Source: Pseudomonadota bacterium (GTDB taxonomy: Bacteria; Campylobacterota; Campylobacteria; Campylobacterales; Sulfurimonadaceae). Taken from it: 64,000 bases of DNA. The stretch spans positions 96,001 through 160,000 of the forward strand of contig JAZDQA010000005.1 in the NCBI GenBank assembly GCA_043797085.1, given 5' to 3'. Each line of letters starts with the position of its first letter. The first letter of the stretch is position 1. This document shows, one piece after another, positions 10,286 through 20,562 of the stretch. Both the position numbers and the translations under genes were made by a program. The notes beneath the pieces are model-generated. The model was not told the DNA's origin, did not search any database, and worked only from the letters and a program-made list of their open reading frames with translations.

Positions 10286-12615
10286 TCGTTACAAAAAATT
10301 GGTTAAATGAGTGGATTGATCTAAGTTCCATTTCAACAGAGCAGTTACTTAAAACATTTAATGCCATTGGACTAGAAGTAGATCGGCATGAAGCGATTTG
10401 TACTCCTGCTGGAGTTGTTGTCGGATTTGTGGAATCGTGCGAAAAGCATCCCGATGCAGATAAGCTCAATGTATGTCAGGTCAATGTCGGAAGCGATGTT
10501 CGTCAAATCGTGTGCGGTGCTTCCAATGTCCGTGCAGGGATTTACGTTGCAGTAGCAACCGTTGGAGCAGAGCTTCCCGGTGGATTGACCATCAAAGAAG
10601 CTGTTTTACGCGGAATGGATTCTCACGGGATGATCTGTTCTTCCAAAGAGATCGGTTTGCCAAGCATGGGTGAGGGGATTATGATCCTTGATGCGAGTAT
10701 CGGTGAGCTCATTAATGGCAAAAATTTGAATGAATACGGTGCTTTTAATGATGATATTATCGAGATTGAACTCACAGCCAATCGTGGAGATTGTCTAAGT
10801 GTTTATGGCATTGCACGTGATTTATGCGCTGCGTTTAACAAAGAATTACGTGAAATCCGTAAAAGTGGAGAGCCGGAGGGGCGATTAGGAATAGGGCGTA
10901 TTTTACAGCTTCAGCACGCTGAAACCTACGATGTTGAGCTTTTGTACAGTGCAATTGATATTAAAAGTTTAAGTGTCCCCTTTTTAGTGGGCTTGAGAAT
11001 GGCTATTTTAGAACAGAGTTATACCAATGCAATGGACACCATTCTTAAATATGCAACGCACAGTACGGGTGTTATTTTACGGGCATATCCTTTTGATACT
11101 TTAGAAGATACAGGTAATGGAAAATCGGTTATTACTCTCTCAACGAACAGTAATGGCTATGCTGTCTTAAATGGTAAGATACCTCTTTCTATTGTCGGGG
11201 TTTCTCAAAATGATGAAGCACGATTTGCCTTGAATGAAGGGCTTGCAATTATTGAAGCCAGTTACATTCCTCCTGAAATCATTGCCAAAAAAATGGGTGA
11301 AGTAAAAGTTGCAAGCTGTCCCCATTATTATCATGCTTCCAGAGGCAGCGAACCTACTTTGAATATGGGCGTTCAATACGCGATGGGGCTTTTTGAGAAA
11401 TACACAACATCGACGATTTATGGCGGTCATTTAGAGCTTCAGTCTCCGAGAGAAACACGTGTTGTTACGATGAATGAAGAAGAGTTTGAATCGTTTATCG
11501 GGATGAAAATCGACAAAACAACCTTGACGCAAATTCTTAAAAATCTCGGTATGCTCATCAGCAAGCCAAAAACTTCTGCATTCGCCATTTCAATTCCCAA
11601 TTTTCGTCATGATATCGTGAATAAACAAGATATTGTTGAGGAGATCGTTCGTATTATAGGGATTGATAATATCCCCTCTAAGCCGCTTGTATTCTCAGAG
11701 AGAAATCAAACAACATCCGATTTAGAGACCTACAAAAAAATACGAATGTATCGTCACCGCAGTGCCCAAAGCGGATTTTTTGAGAGTGTTCATTTTGTCT
11801 TTAATGAGCGCAATGTTTGTGAACGCTTTGGATTTGTATGCACAGATGAGGATAAAGAGTTACTCAATCCGATTACGGCAACCTTTGATACTCTGCGTCC
11901 GACATTGATGGTGGGACTGTTAAATTCAGCCAGTGCCAATGTCAAAGTGAATCAGAAAAAGATTGCATTGTTCGAGAGCGGGATGATTTTTGATCCACAG
12001 CGCAACGAAAGCAAGCGCATTGGTTTTATAATCAGCGGAGCACGTGAGGGAGAAAAAATCTCCAATGCGGGAAAATCACCTACGGTTGATTTGAGTTCGT
12101 TCTCGCAAAAAATCTCTGATATTGTCGGTTCATTTGAGTTAAGCGCTCATGTTCCTGCTCATACGTTGGCGCATCCCTATATCTGTGCAAAAGTCATTAT
12201 AAACGGCGCAGAAGCAGGAGAACTTTTCCGTCTGCACCCCAGTATTGAAGAAGAGTTTGACCTTGCACCGACGTTTATGTGTGAACTTGATATGGATGTC
12301 TTACCGTATGGTTTGGTTGAAGCACACCCTTTTTCGAAATATCAAGCGTCGTTTCGGGATCTAAGTCTACTAATCCCTAAAACACTTACGTATGAGACGA
12401 TTAAAAATGTCATTGCTAAACATGCAAGTGCCGATGTACAACGCTTTTATCCGGTAGATCGTTATGAATCCGATTCCTTAGGTGACAATGTGAGTCTAAG
12501 TGTACGGTTCATGTTGCAATCAATGGACAAAACGCTTGAAGAAGAGGAAATCACAGCAGCAATGGAGTGGATTTTGACAGGATTGCGTGAAGAACTGGGA
12601 GTAAATTTGCGATGA
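10282..12615 (+). CDS. pheT: Phenylalanine--tRNA ligase beta subunit
   Basis: [10 protein letters not shown] and IVCGASNV tRNA-binding OB fold, [19 protein letters not shown]-terminal FDX-ACB domain. Confidence 0.97.
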   Translation: MIVTKNWLNEWIDLSSISTEQLLKTFNAIGLEVDRHEAICTPAGVVVGFVESCEKHPDADKLNVCQVNVGSDVRQIVCGASNVRAGIYVAVATVGAELPGGLTIKEAVLRGMDSHGMICSSKEIGLPSMGEGIMILDASIGELINGKNLNEYGAFNDDIIEIELTANRGDCLSVYGIARDLCAAFNKELREIRKSGEPEGRLGIGRILQLQHAETYDVELLYSAIDIKSLSVPFLVGLRMAILEQSYTNAMDTILKYATHSTGVILRAYPFDTLEDTGNGKSVITLSTNSNGYAVLNGKIPLSIVGVSQNDEARFALNEGLAIIEASYIPPEIIAKKMGEVKVASCPHYYHASRGSEPTLNMGVQYAMGLFEKYTTSTIYGGHLELQSPRETRVVTMNEEEFESFIGMKIDKTTLTQILKNLGMLISKPKTSAFAISIPNFRHDIVNKQDIVEEIVRIIGIDNIPSKPLVFSERNQTTSDLETYKKIRMYRHRSAQSGFFESVHFVFNERNVCERFGFVCTDEDKELLNPITATFDTLRPTLMVGLLNSASANVKVNQKKIALFESGMIFDPQRNESKRIGFIISGAREGEKISNAGKSPTVDLSSFSQKISDIVGSFELSAHVPAHTLAHPYICAKVIINGAEAGELFRLHPSIEEEFDLAPTFMCELDMDVLPYGLVEAHPFSKYQASFRDLSLLIPKTLTYETIKNVIAKHASADVQRFYPVDRYESDSLGDNVSLSVRFMLQSMDKTLEEEEITAAMEWILTGLREELGVNLR

Positions 12616-13889
12616 TGCGCGCTACCGTCTACCCTGCAGCTCCTTTTGAGTTTAAAAGTGATGCGATTGCACCGGACAAATCCATTTCACACCGATGTGC
12701 GATGTTCTCAGTCTTAGCGCAAGGCGAGAGTCGCATAGAAAATTTTTTACGTGCCGAAGACACCCTTAATACGCTTAAAATTGTAGGGCATCTTGGAGCT
12801 GAAATTATTGATAACGGTTCTGTCATTACCATTCGCTCCAATGGGATACAAGAGAGTTCAGAAATTCTTGATTGCGGTAATTCCGGAACAGGGATGAGGC
12901 TTTTTTGCGGGCTTCTTTCCTCTGCGCAAGGTCATTTTATCCTTACAGGAGATGAATATCTCAAACGTCGTCCGATGAAACGGGTGACACAGCCACTTCG
13001 TGCAATCGGTGCAAATCTCGATGGACGCAATAACGGTGATTTAGCCCCCCTTGCAATCCGTGGAGCTTCTCTAAAGGCTTTTGACTATACTTCCCCCATC
13101 GCCTCAGCCCAAGTGAAAAGTGCCATGATGTTGGCAGCATTGCGTTCCGATGATGTTTGTACCTTTCGTGAACCGGAACTTAGCCGTGACCACACAGAGC
13201 GAATGCTTCGCGGGATGGGTGCTCATATCGAAATCAATGGCTTGGAAACAAAGATTTGGCCGTTAGACAAACCTCTTTCACCTTTGAATATCCGTGTTCC
13301 TGCTGACCCTTCCAGTGCTTTTTTCTTTGCGGTTGCGGCTGCAATCACCCCTGATTCTATCGTTGTCATCGAGGGAGTTACCCTTAATCCTACTCGTATT
13401 GAAGCTTTCAAAGTACTCGAACGTATGGGTGCAGATATTACGTATACGTTGACCAGTGAAAAATACGAACCTATCGGAAATATTACGGTCAAATACGCTC
13501 CCCTAAAAGCCGTGACAGTCGAAGAAAATATCTCTTGGCTTATTGATGAGCTTCCGGTACTTTCTATCGCTATGGCGTGTGCATCAGGGAAAAGTATCAT
13601 TAAAAATGCCGAAGAACTTCGGGTAAAAGAGTCCGATCGCATTAAAACCGTAGTGGACAATCTGAATCTTTGCGGTATTGAAACGGAAGAATATCCTGAC
13701 GGTTATGCAGTACAGGGGGGAACGTTGCAAAAAGCGGTCGTCAACAGCTATGGAGATCACCGTATTGCGATGAGTTTTTTGATTGCAGGGTTACGATGCG
13801 GTATGGAAGTAGAAGATATAGAGTGTATAAATACCTCATTTCCGAACTTCTTTGACCTTTTAAGTATCTGTACCAAGGTAGAAAAGTGA
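12612..13889 (+). CDS. aroA: 3-phosphoshikimate 1-carboxyvinyltransferase
   Basis: Motifs [44 protein letters not shown] and GDHRIAMSF. Confidence 0.98.
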   Translation: MMRATVYPAAPFEFKSDAIAPDKSISHRCAMFSVLAQGESRIENFLRAEDTLNTLKIVGHLGAEIIDNGSVITIRSNGIQESSEILDCGNSGTGMRLFCGLLSSAQGHFILTGDEYLKRRPMKRVTQPLRAIGANLDGRNNGDLAPLAIRGASLKAFDYTSPIASAQVKSAMMLAALRSDDVCTFREPELSRDHTERMLRGMGAHIEINGLETKIWPLDKPLSPLNIRVPADPSSAFFFAVAAAITPDSIVVIEGVTLNPTRIEAFKVLERMGADITYTLTSEKYEPIGNITVKYAPLKAVTVEENISWLIDELPVLSIAMACASGKSIIKNAEELRVKESDRIKTVVDNLNLCGIETEEYPDGYAVQGGTLQKAVVNSYGDHRIAMSFLIAGLRCGMEVEDIECINTSFPNFFDLLSICTKVEK

Positions 13890-14710
13890 AGATTCAACTA
13901 GCAGAGAGTTACGGCTTTTGTTTTGGTGTCAAACGGGCGATCAAAATCGCTGAAGAGAATAAAAACTCGTCCACGTACGGTCCATTGATCCATAATGCGA
14001 ATGAAATAGAACGGCTTAAACGTGATTTTAACGTTGCCTTGAGTGATAATCTGTACAGTTTTAAATCCGGAGATACCGCAGTTATCCGAACGCATGGTAT
14101 TCCTAAAGAAGAGTTGGAATTACTGCATGAACGTAATGTTGATGTTATCGATGCAACCTGTCCTTATGTTACCAAGCCACAGCAGATTTGTGAAGAGATG
14201 AGTGCGCAAGGCTACGATATCCTTATTTTTGGCGATGAAGAACATCCTGAGATAAAAGGGGTAAAGAGCTACGCGACAGGCAAAGCGTATGTTGTAAATT
14301 CAGCAGAGGAAGTCGATGCTCTCCCTTTGCGCGAAAAAGTGGCAGTAGTGGCTCAAACAACCCGCCGCATTGAAGATTATCAGAGTATTGTCTCAAAGCT
14401 GATGATATCGCATAAAGAGGTCCGTGTGTTCAATACGATTTGCAATGCAACGTTTGATAATCAAGATGCCGTCCGTAAGCTCGCGTATGAGGCAGACGTG
14501 ATGATCGTCATTGGAGGAAAAAATTCTTCGAATACCAAGCAGCTCCATTCGATTGCATTGGATGAGTGTCCCAGCAGTTATCACATTGAAAGTGCGGATG
14601 ATTTAAAGCCCGAATGGTTTGTTGGTAAAAATTTTTGCGGTATCAGTGCCGGTGCTTCTACTCCGGATTGGATTATTCAGTCGGTCATGGAACGTATTCG
14701 TACTTTTTAA
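13886..14710 (+). CDS. ispH: 4-hydroxy-3-methylbut-2-enyl diphosphate reductase
   Basis: Motifs [30 protein letters not shown] and [14 protein letters not shown] start. Confidence 0.97.
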   Translation: MKIQLAESYGFCFGVKRAIKIAEENKNSSTYGPLIHNANEIERLKRDFNVALSDNLYSFKSGDTAVIRTHGIPKEELELLHERNVDVIDATCPYVTKPQQICEEMSAQGYDILIFGDEEHPEIKGVKSYATGKAYVVNSAEEVDALPLREKVAVVAQTTRRIEDYQSIVSKLMISHKEVRVFNTICNATFDNQDAVRKLAYEADVMIVIGGKNSSNTKQLHSIALDECPSSYHIESADDLKPEWFVGKNFCGISAGASTPDWIIQSVMERIRTF

Positions 14711-14818
14711 TATTTTGATCTGCGTGAGCGTAGATTTGGAGGTGTTGTATGATAAGAGCTCAAAGTGGAAAGTGCCATTGGTTAGTACTTCTAAAAGCTC
14801 AATGCAGGGAGGCACTAA

Positions 14819-15832
14819 ATGCCGAGTCGTAAAATTTTTGTAACAGGTGGTTGCGGATACATCGGAACGCATACTTGTGTAGAGCTTTTGGCAGCAGGTT
14901 ATGATGTTGTGGTGTATGATAATTTTTCGAACAGCTCCCACGAAGCAATTCACCGTGTTGAAACCATTACCGGAAAATCCGTTACTTTGATCGAAGGTGA
15001 TATTCGTGATGAAGAGGGGATGGTTGCGGCGATGGCAGGTTGTGATGCGGTTATCCATTTTGCAGGATTAAAAGCCGTAGGAGAATCGGTTTCCAAACCC
15101 TTGGAATACTATGACAACAACGTTCAGGGAACCTTGTGTTTACTTCGCGCGATGCAAAAAGTGAACATTAAAACTCTCGTCTTTAGCTCCTCCGCTACCG
15201 TATACGGTGATCCGGATTATCTACCGCTAAACGAATCCCACCCCTTGCGTACTACCAACCCCTACGGTCAGACCAAGCTTGTGATCGAAGAGATATTGCG
15301 TGATCTTTATAAAAGTGACTCTTCATGGCGTATCATGATCCTGCGCTATTTTAATCCGGTAGGTTCTCATAAAAGCGGACTCATCGGTGAAGACCCTAGC
15401 GGTATTCCAAACAACCTCATGCCTTTCGTTGCTCAAGTAGCCATTGGACGACGCGAAAGTTTAAATGTTTTTGGAGATGATTATAACACGATCGATGGAA
15501 CAGGCGTGCGCGACTATATCCACGTTGTTGATTTAGCCCTCGGTCATCTCAAAGCTCTTTTAGCGCTCACCTCCTCCCAATGTACTTCCGTTAATCTCGG
15601 TACAGGAAAAGGATACAGTGTTTTGGAAGTCGTAAAAGCATTTGAAAAAGCGTCCGGACGTACAGTTGCTTACACGATCGCGTCTCGCCGTGAAGGAGAC
15701 ATTGCAGCATGCTACGCCAACCCCCAGAGTGCATTAGAACTTTTAGACTGGAAAGCCCAGCGTACACTGGAAGAAATGTGTAATGATACATGGCATTTTC
15801 AATCCAAAAATCCAAACGGGTACACGAAGTAA
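14819..15832 (+). CDS. galE: UDP-glucose 4-epimerase
   Basis: Motifs TGGCGYIG, HFAGLKAVGES, SSSATVYG, YGQTK, LRYFNP and GEDP.GIPNNL. Confidence 0.96.
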   Translation: MPSRKIFVTGGCGYIGTHTCVELLAAGYDVVVYDNFSNSSHEAIHRVETITGKSVTLIEGDIRDEEGMVAAMAGCDAVIHFAGLKAVGESVSKPLEYYDNNVQGTLCLLRAMQKVNIKTLVFSSSATVYGDPDYLPLNESHPLRTTNPYGQTKLVIEEILRDLYKSDSSWRIMILRYFNPVGSHKSGLIGEDPSGIPNNLMPFVAQVAIGRRESLNVFGDDYNTIDGTGVRDYIHVVDLALGHLKALLALTSSQCTSVNLGTGKGYSVLEVVKAFEKASGRTVAYTIASRREGDIAACYANPQSALELLDWKAQRTLEEMCNDTWHFQSKNPNGYTK

Positions 15833-15885
15833 GAGTATCAGCAATAAAACGATAAAATTTAAATAAACAATATGAGGAGATTAGT

Positions 15886-16716
15886 ATGATTCGAAAATGT
15901 CTTTTTCCCGCTGCAGGATACGGTACGAGATTTCTCCCAATGACCAAAGCTATCCCAAAAGAGATGCTTCCTGTGCTCACCAAACCTCTGATCCAGTACG
16001 GTGTCGAAGAGGCAATGGGTGCTGGAATGAACACGATGGCGATTATTACTGGACGAGGTAAGCAGGCAATTGCGAACCATTTCGATGTGAGTTATGAGTT
16101 GGAACATCAGATTCAAGGGACGGATAAAGAAAAGATGCTTGGCGATATTCGTGACATCATCGATAACTGTACCTTTTCCTATACCCGTCAAGCATTTATG
16201 GGGGGATTAGGTCATGCGATTCTTACAGGAGAAACATTGATCGGGAACGAACCGTTTGCCGTTGTCTTAGCCGATGATTTATGTGTGAACGATGATGAGG
16301 GAGTGTTGGCACAGATGGTTAAGCTTTACAATGAGTATCAGTGCAGTATTGTAGCCATCGAAGAGATTGATCCCTCCCAGACACACAAATACGGTGTGAT
16401 CGCAGGAACCCAAATTGCAGAGAATATCTACCGTGTTGATACCATGGTCGAAAAACCTGCCCCCTCTGATGCTCCAAGCAACTTAGCCATCATCGGACGT
16501 TATATCCTTACCCCGGATATTTTTGAAATCTTACGTGAAACGGCTCCAGGAAAAGGGGGCGAGATACAGATCACCGATGCATTGATGACTCAGGCTCGTG
16601 CAGGTAATGTCATCGCCTATCGCTTCCGTGGTAAACGTTATGATTGTGGTAGTATCGATGGCTATGTGCAAGCGACAGTAGAGTTGTATGAAAAGAGTAA
16701 AATAAAAAACCAGTAA
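15886..16716 (+). CDS. galU: UTP--glucose-1-phosphate uridylyltransferase
   Basis: Motifs PAAGYGTRFLP.TKAIPKEMLP, GLGHAIL, VEKP and GEIQITDA. Confidence 0.96.
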   Translation: MIRKCLFPAAGYGTRFLPMTKAIPKEMLPVLTKPLIQYGVEEAMGAGMNTMAIITGRGKQAIANHFDVSYELEHQIQGTDKEKMLGDIRDIIDNCTFSYTRQAFMGGLGHAILTGETLIGNEPFAVVLADDLCVNDDEGVLAQMVKLYNEYQCSIVAIEEIDPSQTHKYGVIAGTQIAENIYRVDTMVEKPAPSDAPSNLAIIGRYILTPDIFEILRETAPGKGGEIQITDALMTQARAGNVIAYRFRGKRYDCGSIDGYVQATVELYEKSKIKNQ

Positions 16717-16768
16717 CCAGAGGCTTCAGCCTCACCAAGATTTTGCCGACACTAAAGTGTCAGTGCCA
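16713..16768. repeat. Degenerate inverted pair of short hairpins (REP/REPIN-like)
   Basis: GAGGC-ttca-GCCTC (16720-16733) and GACAC-taaa-GTGTC (16748-16761). The loops read TTCA and TTTA on opposite strands. Confidence 0.45.
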
Positions 16769-17007
16769 AAGCAGCTATCATTAAATTGCACTAATTTCCG
16801 CAAACAACAAAAAAATATCTCTCAATAATTCGCGTCATTCGTTGACTAAAAATTGCTCTTAATATTCCCAATACCTGTTTGCTCCATGTCTAAAAAAGAC
16901 ACCAAAATTCTCGTTTAAAACCATGATATAAAAGTAAATCCAAAGTCTATAACATGTACAATTCAACACCTGAATTAGCTTGCACAAAAACAAAAAGGAA
17001 CGACGCA

Positions 17008-17281
17008 TTGAACCACGGAGAGCTGGAACTTTCTGTTTTGCGAAGTTTGGGTAGGATTGCTACTAAAAAAAGATTTCTCAAAGTAGAAAATTTCTACATG
17101 AACGAAAATAAAAACCAGTACCGCTATCTCCTAACTCAAGTAGGAGTAGAAGAAAAAATTACACTCACGACAAAGTTCATACAACGAAAAAAGGGTGAAT
17201 TCCTCGAAGAGGTTCTTGTGCCCTATAGGGTATGATGTATTAGTCTATGAGCTTGAGATGATGCATAGTTTTGAAATCTAA
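17008..17281 (+). pseudogene. Degenerate MarR family EPS-associated transcriptional regulator
   Basis: KVENF...NKNQYRYLLT..GVEEKI.LT.KFIQRKK.E is the MarR_EPS C-terminal half. The HTH segment appears deleted in frame. A 31-nt insert at 17200-17230 frameshifts off the tail [19 protein letters not shown] start follows AAGGA. Confidence 0.75.
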
Positions 17282-17315
17282 TAGTAAAAATAATTTTAAT
17301 GAAGGAGTTACTCAA

Positions 17316-18206
17316 ATGAAAGGTATTATCCTAGCCGGTGGAAGCGGAACACGCCTCTATCCTATCACCAAGGGAGTGAGTAAACAGCTCGTTCCCATCT
17401 ATGATAAACCGATGGTCTACTACCCTCTTTCCGTATTGATGCTTGCAGGGATTACCGAAGTTCTTATTATCTCTACTCCTACTGATCTACCACGTTTCGA
17501 AGAGCTTCTAGGAGATGGTAGCGACATCGGGATGCGTTTTGAATATTGCGTTCAACCGAGCCCTGATGGTTTAGCACAGGCGTTTATCTTGGGTGCGGAT
17601 TTTATCGGAAATGATGATGTATGTTTGGTATTAGGTGATAATATCTTCCACGGTCATGGTCTCACCAAACTGCTCGCACAATCGGTACGCAATGTCACTG
17701 AGGATAAAAAAGCTACCGTATTTGGCTATTGGGTCAAAGATCCTGAGCGTTATGGGGTTGCCGAATTTGATAAAGAGGGAAATGTTCTCTCCATCGAAGA
17801 AAAACCCGCAAAACCTAAAAGCTCTTATGCCGTTATCGGGTTGTATTTTTATCCCAACAGTGTTGTCGAAATTGCCAAAAACATCAAACCCTCTGATCGT
17901 GGCGAACTTGAAATCACTACCGTCAATCAAGCATATTTAGCTCAAAACGCTCTCAAAGTAGAGCTCATGGGACGCGGGTTTGCGTGGCTTGATACGGGAA
18001 CTCATGAAAGTTTACTAGAAGCCAGTATGTTCATCCAAACCATCGAAAACCGACAAGGACTCAAAGTCGCCTGTCTCGAAGAAATTGCGTTTGAAATGGG
18101 CTACATTTCCAAAGAAAAATTACTTGAATTAGCAAAACCTCTCTCTAAAAACCAATACGGTCAATATCTGATCCGTAGAGCCAATGAAGGGAAAGTAGGA
18201 GAATGA
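17316..18206 (+). CDS. rmlA: Glucose-1-phosphate thymidylyltransferase
   Basis: Motifs [38 protein letters not shown] and [19 protein letters not shown] before ATG 17316. Confidence 0.97.
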   Translation: MKGIILAGGSGTRLYPITKGVSKQLVPIYDKPMVYYPLSVLMLAGITEVLIISTPTDLPRFEELLGDGSDIGMRFEYCVQPSPDGLAQAFILGADFIGNDDVCLVLGDNIFHGHGLTKLLAQSVRNVTEDKKATVFGYWVKDPERYGVAEFDKEGNVLSIEEKPAKPKSSYAVIGLYFYPNSVVEIAKNIKPSDRGELEITTVNQAYLAQNALKVELMGRGFAWLDTGTHESLLEASMFIQTIENRQGLKVACLEEIAFEMGYISKEKLLELAKPLSKNQYGQYLIRRANEGKVGE

Positions 18207-18775
18207 CCTTTACCCGCACAGCAATACCTGATGTCATCATCATTGATCCCAAAGTACACGGTGACGCACGCGGTTACTTTGTCGAAACATTCCGTGCAGA
18301 TAAACTTGAAGCTTTTTTAGGTTTTAATATCTCTTTTTGCCAAGATAATGAGTCTAAAAGCTCGTATGGAGTGCTACGCGGATTACACTATCAGCTTCCC
18401 CCCCATGCACAAACCAAACTTGTACGCGTAATAGAGGGTGAAGTTCTCGATGTTGCTGTCGATATACGTGAGGGCTCACCAACCTTTGGTCAACACGTAG
18501 CTATTCGTCTTTCAGGTGAAAATAAACGCCAGCTCTTAATCCCGAGAGGGTTTGCTCATGGATTTGTTGTCCTCTCAGAACACTGTACCTTCGCGTACAA
18601 AGTCGATAACTATTACAGTATCGAATGTGATCGTGGTATGGCGTTTGATGATCCTGCTTTAAATATTGACTGGATTATTCCAAGTGAGAAACTTCAACTT
18701 TCAGATAAAGATACCAAACAACCTCTTTTTGCCAATTCTGATCTGTTTACATATGAGGTCAATCTCTATGCTTAA
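18203..18775 (+). CDS. rmlC: dTDP-4-dehydrorhamnose 3,5-epimerase
   Basis: Motifs [37 protein letters not shown] and GFAHGF. Confidence 0.97.
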   Translation: MTFTRTAIPDVIIIDPKVHGDARGYFVETFRADKLEAFLGFNISFCQDNESKSSYGVLRGLHYQLPPHAQTKLVRVIEGEVLDVAVDIREGSPTFGQHVAIRLSGENKRQLLIPRGFAHGFVVLSEHCTFAYKVDNYYSIECDRGMAFDDPALNIDWIIPSEKLQLSDKDTKQPLFANSDLFTYEVNLYA

Positions 18776-19517
18776 TATCCTTGTTACGGGCGCTAAAGGG
18801 TTTATAGGAACGAATTTTTTAAAAAGAATTGATAAGCAATTGTACAATATTTTAGAATTTAATAGAGCTGATACAATCAAATCTCTCGAAGAAAAAATTA
18901 AAAAATGTGATTTTATTATACATTTAGCTGGTGAAGTGCGACCGAATAGTTCTGATGATGATTTTAAGAATTCCAATATATTACTTACTCAAGCAATTAT
19001 TGACGTATTAAACAAGCAAGATAAAACAATTCCAATACTTATGGCATCTACAATTCATGCGAAGTTATTAAAAAATGAATATGGAAAAACAAAAAGAGAA
19101 GCTGAATTATTAGTTGAAAAATATGCTAAAGATAAAAATATTCGTTCTCATATATGTAGATTGCCGCATGTATTCGGAGAAGGATGTAAGCCAAATTATA
19201 ATTCTGTAGTATCTACGTGGATTTATAACAGTATAAACGATAATGAGATCATTATCTTTGATAGAAATATTGGAATGCACTATGCGTATGTGCAAGACAT
19301 TGTTAATGAGTTTATATCTATTGTTGGAAATCATGAATTATTAGATATATATATTGAACCTAAAATAGTTTATGAGACTACGCTGGGTGAAGTAATCGAT
19401 TTTCTTGATGAGTTTAAAAAAAATATCAATAATTCTAATTATGAGATTTCTAATGCTGAATTTAAGCAAAAATTATTTGCAACTTATCTTGATTATTATA
19501 AGGAACCAAATGTTTAG
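18768..19517 (+). CDS. NAD(P)-dependent SDR resembling the reductase domain of CapF/WbjC/FnlB (no cupin domain), occupying the rmlD position
   Basis: Motifs ILVTGAKGFIG, FIIHLAGEVRP, YGKTK and RLPHVFGEGCKPNYNSVV. The last matches the CapF RL.N.FG....PNYNS.V signature. Lacks RmlD GQLG and STDYVF motifs. AT-rich. Confidence 0.75.
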   Translation: MLNILVTGAKGFIGTNFLKRIDKQLYNILEFNRADTIKSLEEKIKKCDFIIHLAGEVRPNSSDDDFKNSNILLTQAIIDVLNKQDKTIPILMASTIHAKLLKNEYGKTKREAELLVEKYAKDKNIRSHICRLPHVFGEGCKPNYNSVVSTWIYNSINDNEIIIFDRNIGMHYAYVQDIVNEFISIVGNHELLDIYIEPKIVYETTLGEVIDFLDEFKKNINNSNYEISNAEFKQKLFATYLDYYKEPNV

Positions 19518-20562
19518 CAATACACGTAAAACCATTTTAGTCACCGGATGTGCCGGATTTATCGGGAGCAATTTCGTCCCGTATTTTTTAGACAAATATC
19601 CCGATGTTCGTCTCATCAATCTCGATCTCCTCACTTACGCAGGCGATATGGCAAATCTCTCCGATGCTCCTCAAGATGATCGTCATATCTTCGTCCAAGG
19701 AGATATTTGTGATCGTCCTCTTATTGAGTCACTGTTTGAGAAATACGATATCCGCGGTGTGATCCACTTCGCGGCTGAGAGTCACGTCGATAACAGCATC
19801 AAAAATCCGGGTGTATTCGTCCAAACCAATGTCAACGGTACTTTTACTCTCATCGATGTTGCCTATAAAAACTGGATGGAAAAATCGTTTGTCTATAAAA
19901 CAGGATATGAGGGGTGCCGTTTCCACCATATCAGCACCGATGAAGTATACGGAACGCTCAGCGACAATCCAAATGATCTATTCACCGAAGAAACCTCCTA
20001 TGCTCCTAACAGCCCTTACAGTGCATTCAAAGCAGGCAGTGATATGATCGTCCGCAGTTACCACCACACCTACGGTATGAACACGGTCATCACCAACTGC
20101 TCCAACAACTACGGTCCCAAACAGCATAACGAAAAACTAATCCCGACCGTTATACGAAAAGCGCTAGCAGGTGAAAATATTCCTGTCTACGGTGATGGTA
20201 AAAACATCCGTGATTGGCTTTATGTATTAGATCACTGCAAAGGTATCGACCTCGTCTACCATACAGGACGCTCAGGTGAAGTCTACAATATCGGCGGACG
20301 CAATGAGCGCAACAACAATCAAATCGTTGAACGTATCTGCAGCCTTTTAGATGAAATGGCTCCTATGTCTTATCAAAATTCTGCAGTTGGGTTGGTATCA
20401 TATAAAAATTTAATTACTTATGTAGAAGACCGTGCAGGACACGACCGTCGTTATGCTATTGATGCTACAAAACTCGAAACAGAACTGGGCTGGAAAGCAG
20501 ATGAAAACTTTGATACCGGTATCGTGAAGACAATAGAATGGTATTTAGGAAAGAATAAATGA
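19510..20562 (+). CDS. rmlB: dTDP-glucose 4,6-dehydratase
   Basis: Motifs VTGCAGFIGSNF, HFAAESHVD, HISTDEVYG, NCSNNYGP and DRAGHDRRYAID; ATG at 19510 after AAGGA. Confidence 0.96.
   Translation: MFSNTRKTILVTGCAGFIGSNFVPYFLDKYPDVRLINLDLLTYAGDMANLSDAPQDDRHIFVQGDICDRPLIESLFEKYDIRGVIHFAAESHVDNSIKNPGVFVQTNVNGTFTLIDVAYKNWMEKSFVYKTGYEGCRFHHISTDEVYGTLSDNPNDLFTEETSYAPNSPYSAFKAGSDMIVRSYHHTYGMNTVITNCSNNYGPKQHNEKLIPTVIRKALAGENIPVYGDGKNIRDWLYVLDHCKGIDLVYHTGRSGEVYNIGGRNERNNNQIVERICSLLDEMAPMSYQNSAVGLVSYKNLITYVEDRAGHDRRYAIDATKLETELGWKADENFDTGIVKTIEWYLGKNK

Noticed and set aside
300..14600. Many short antisense or alternate-frame ORFs within housekeeping genes
   Set aside because: Shadow ORFs fully overlapping well-supported genes, with no motifs. 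The same applies to those in 47-64 kb.
16954..17007. N-terminal extension of the MarR_EPS ORF from ATG 16954
   Set aside because: No RBS. AAGGA precedes TTG 17008, where family similarity begins.
18666..18767. Longer ORF-track starts for the SDR (also 17271, 19405, 21706, 36147)
   Set aside because: Most overlap upstream genes extensively. Downstream ATGs with RBS or coupling match family N-termini.
20017..20031. RmlB catalytic motif reads YSAFK instead of YSASK
   Set aside because: Tyr and Lys are intact. A single-base change or sequencing error, with no evidence of inactivation.
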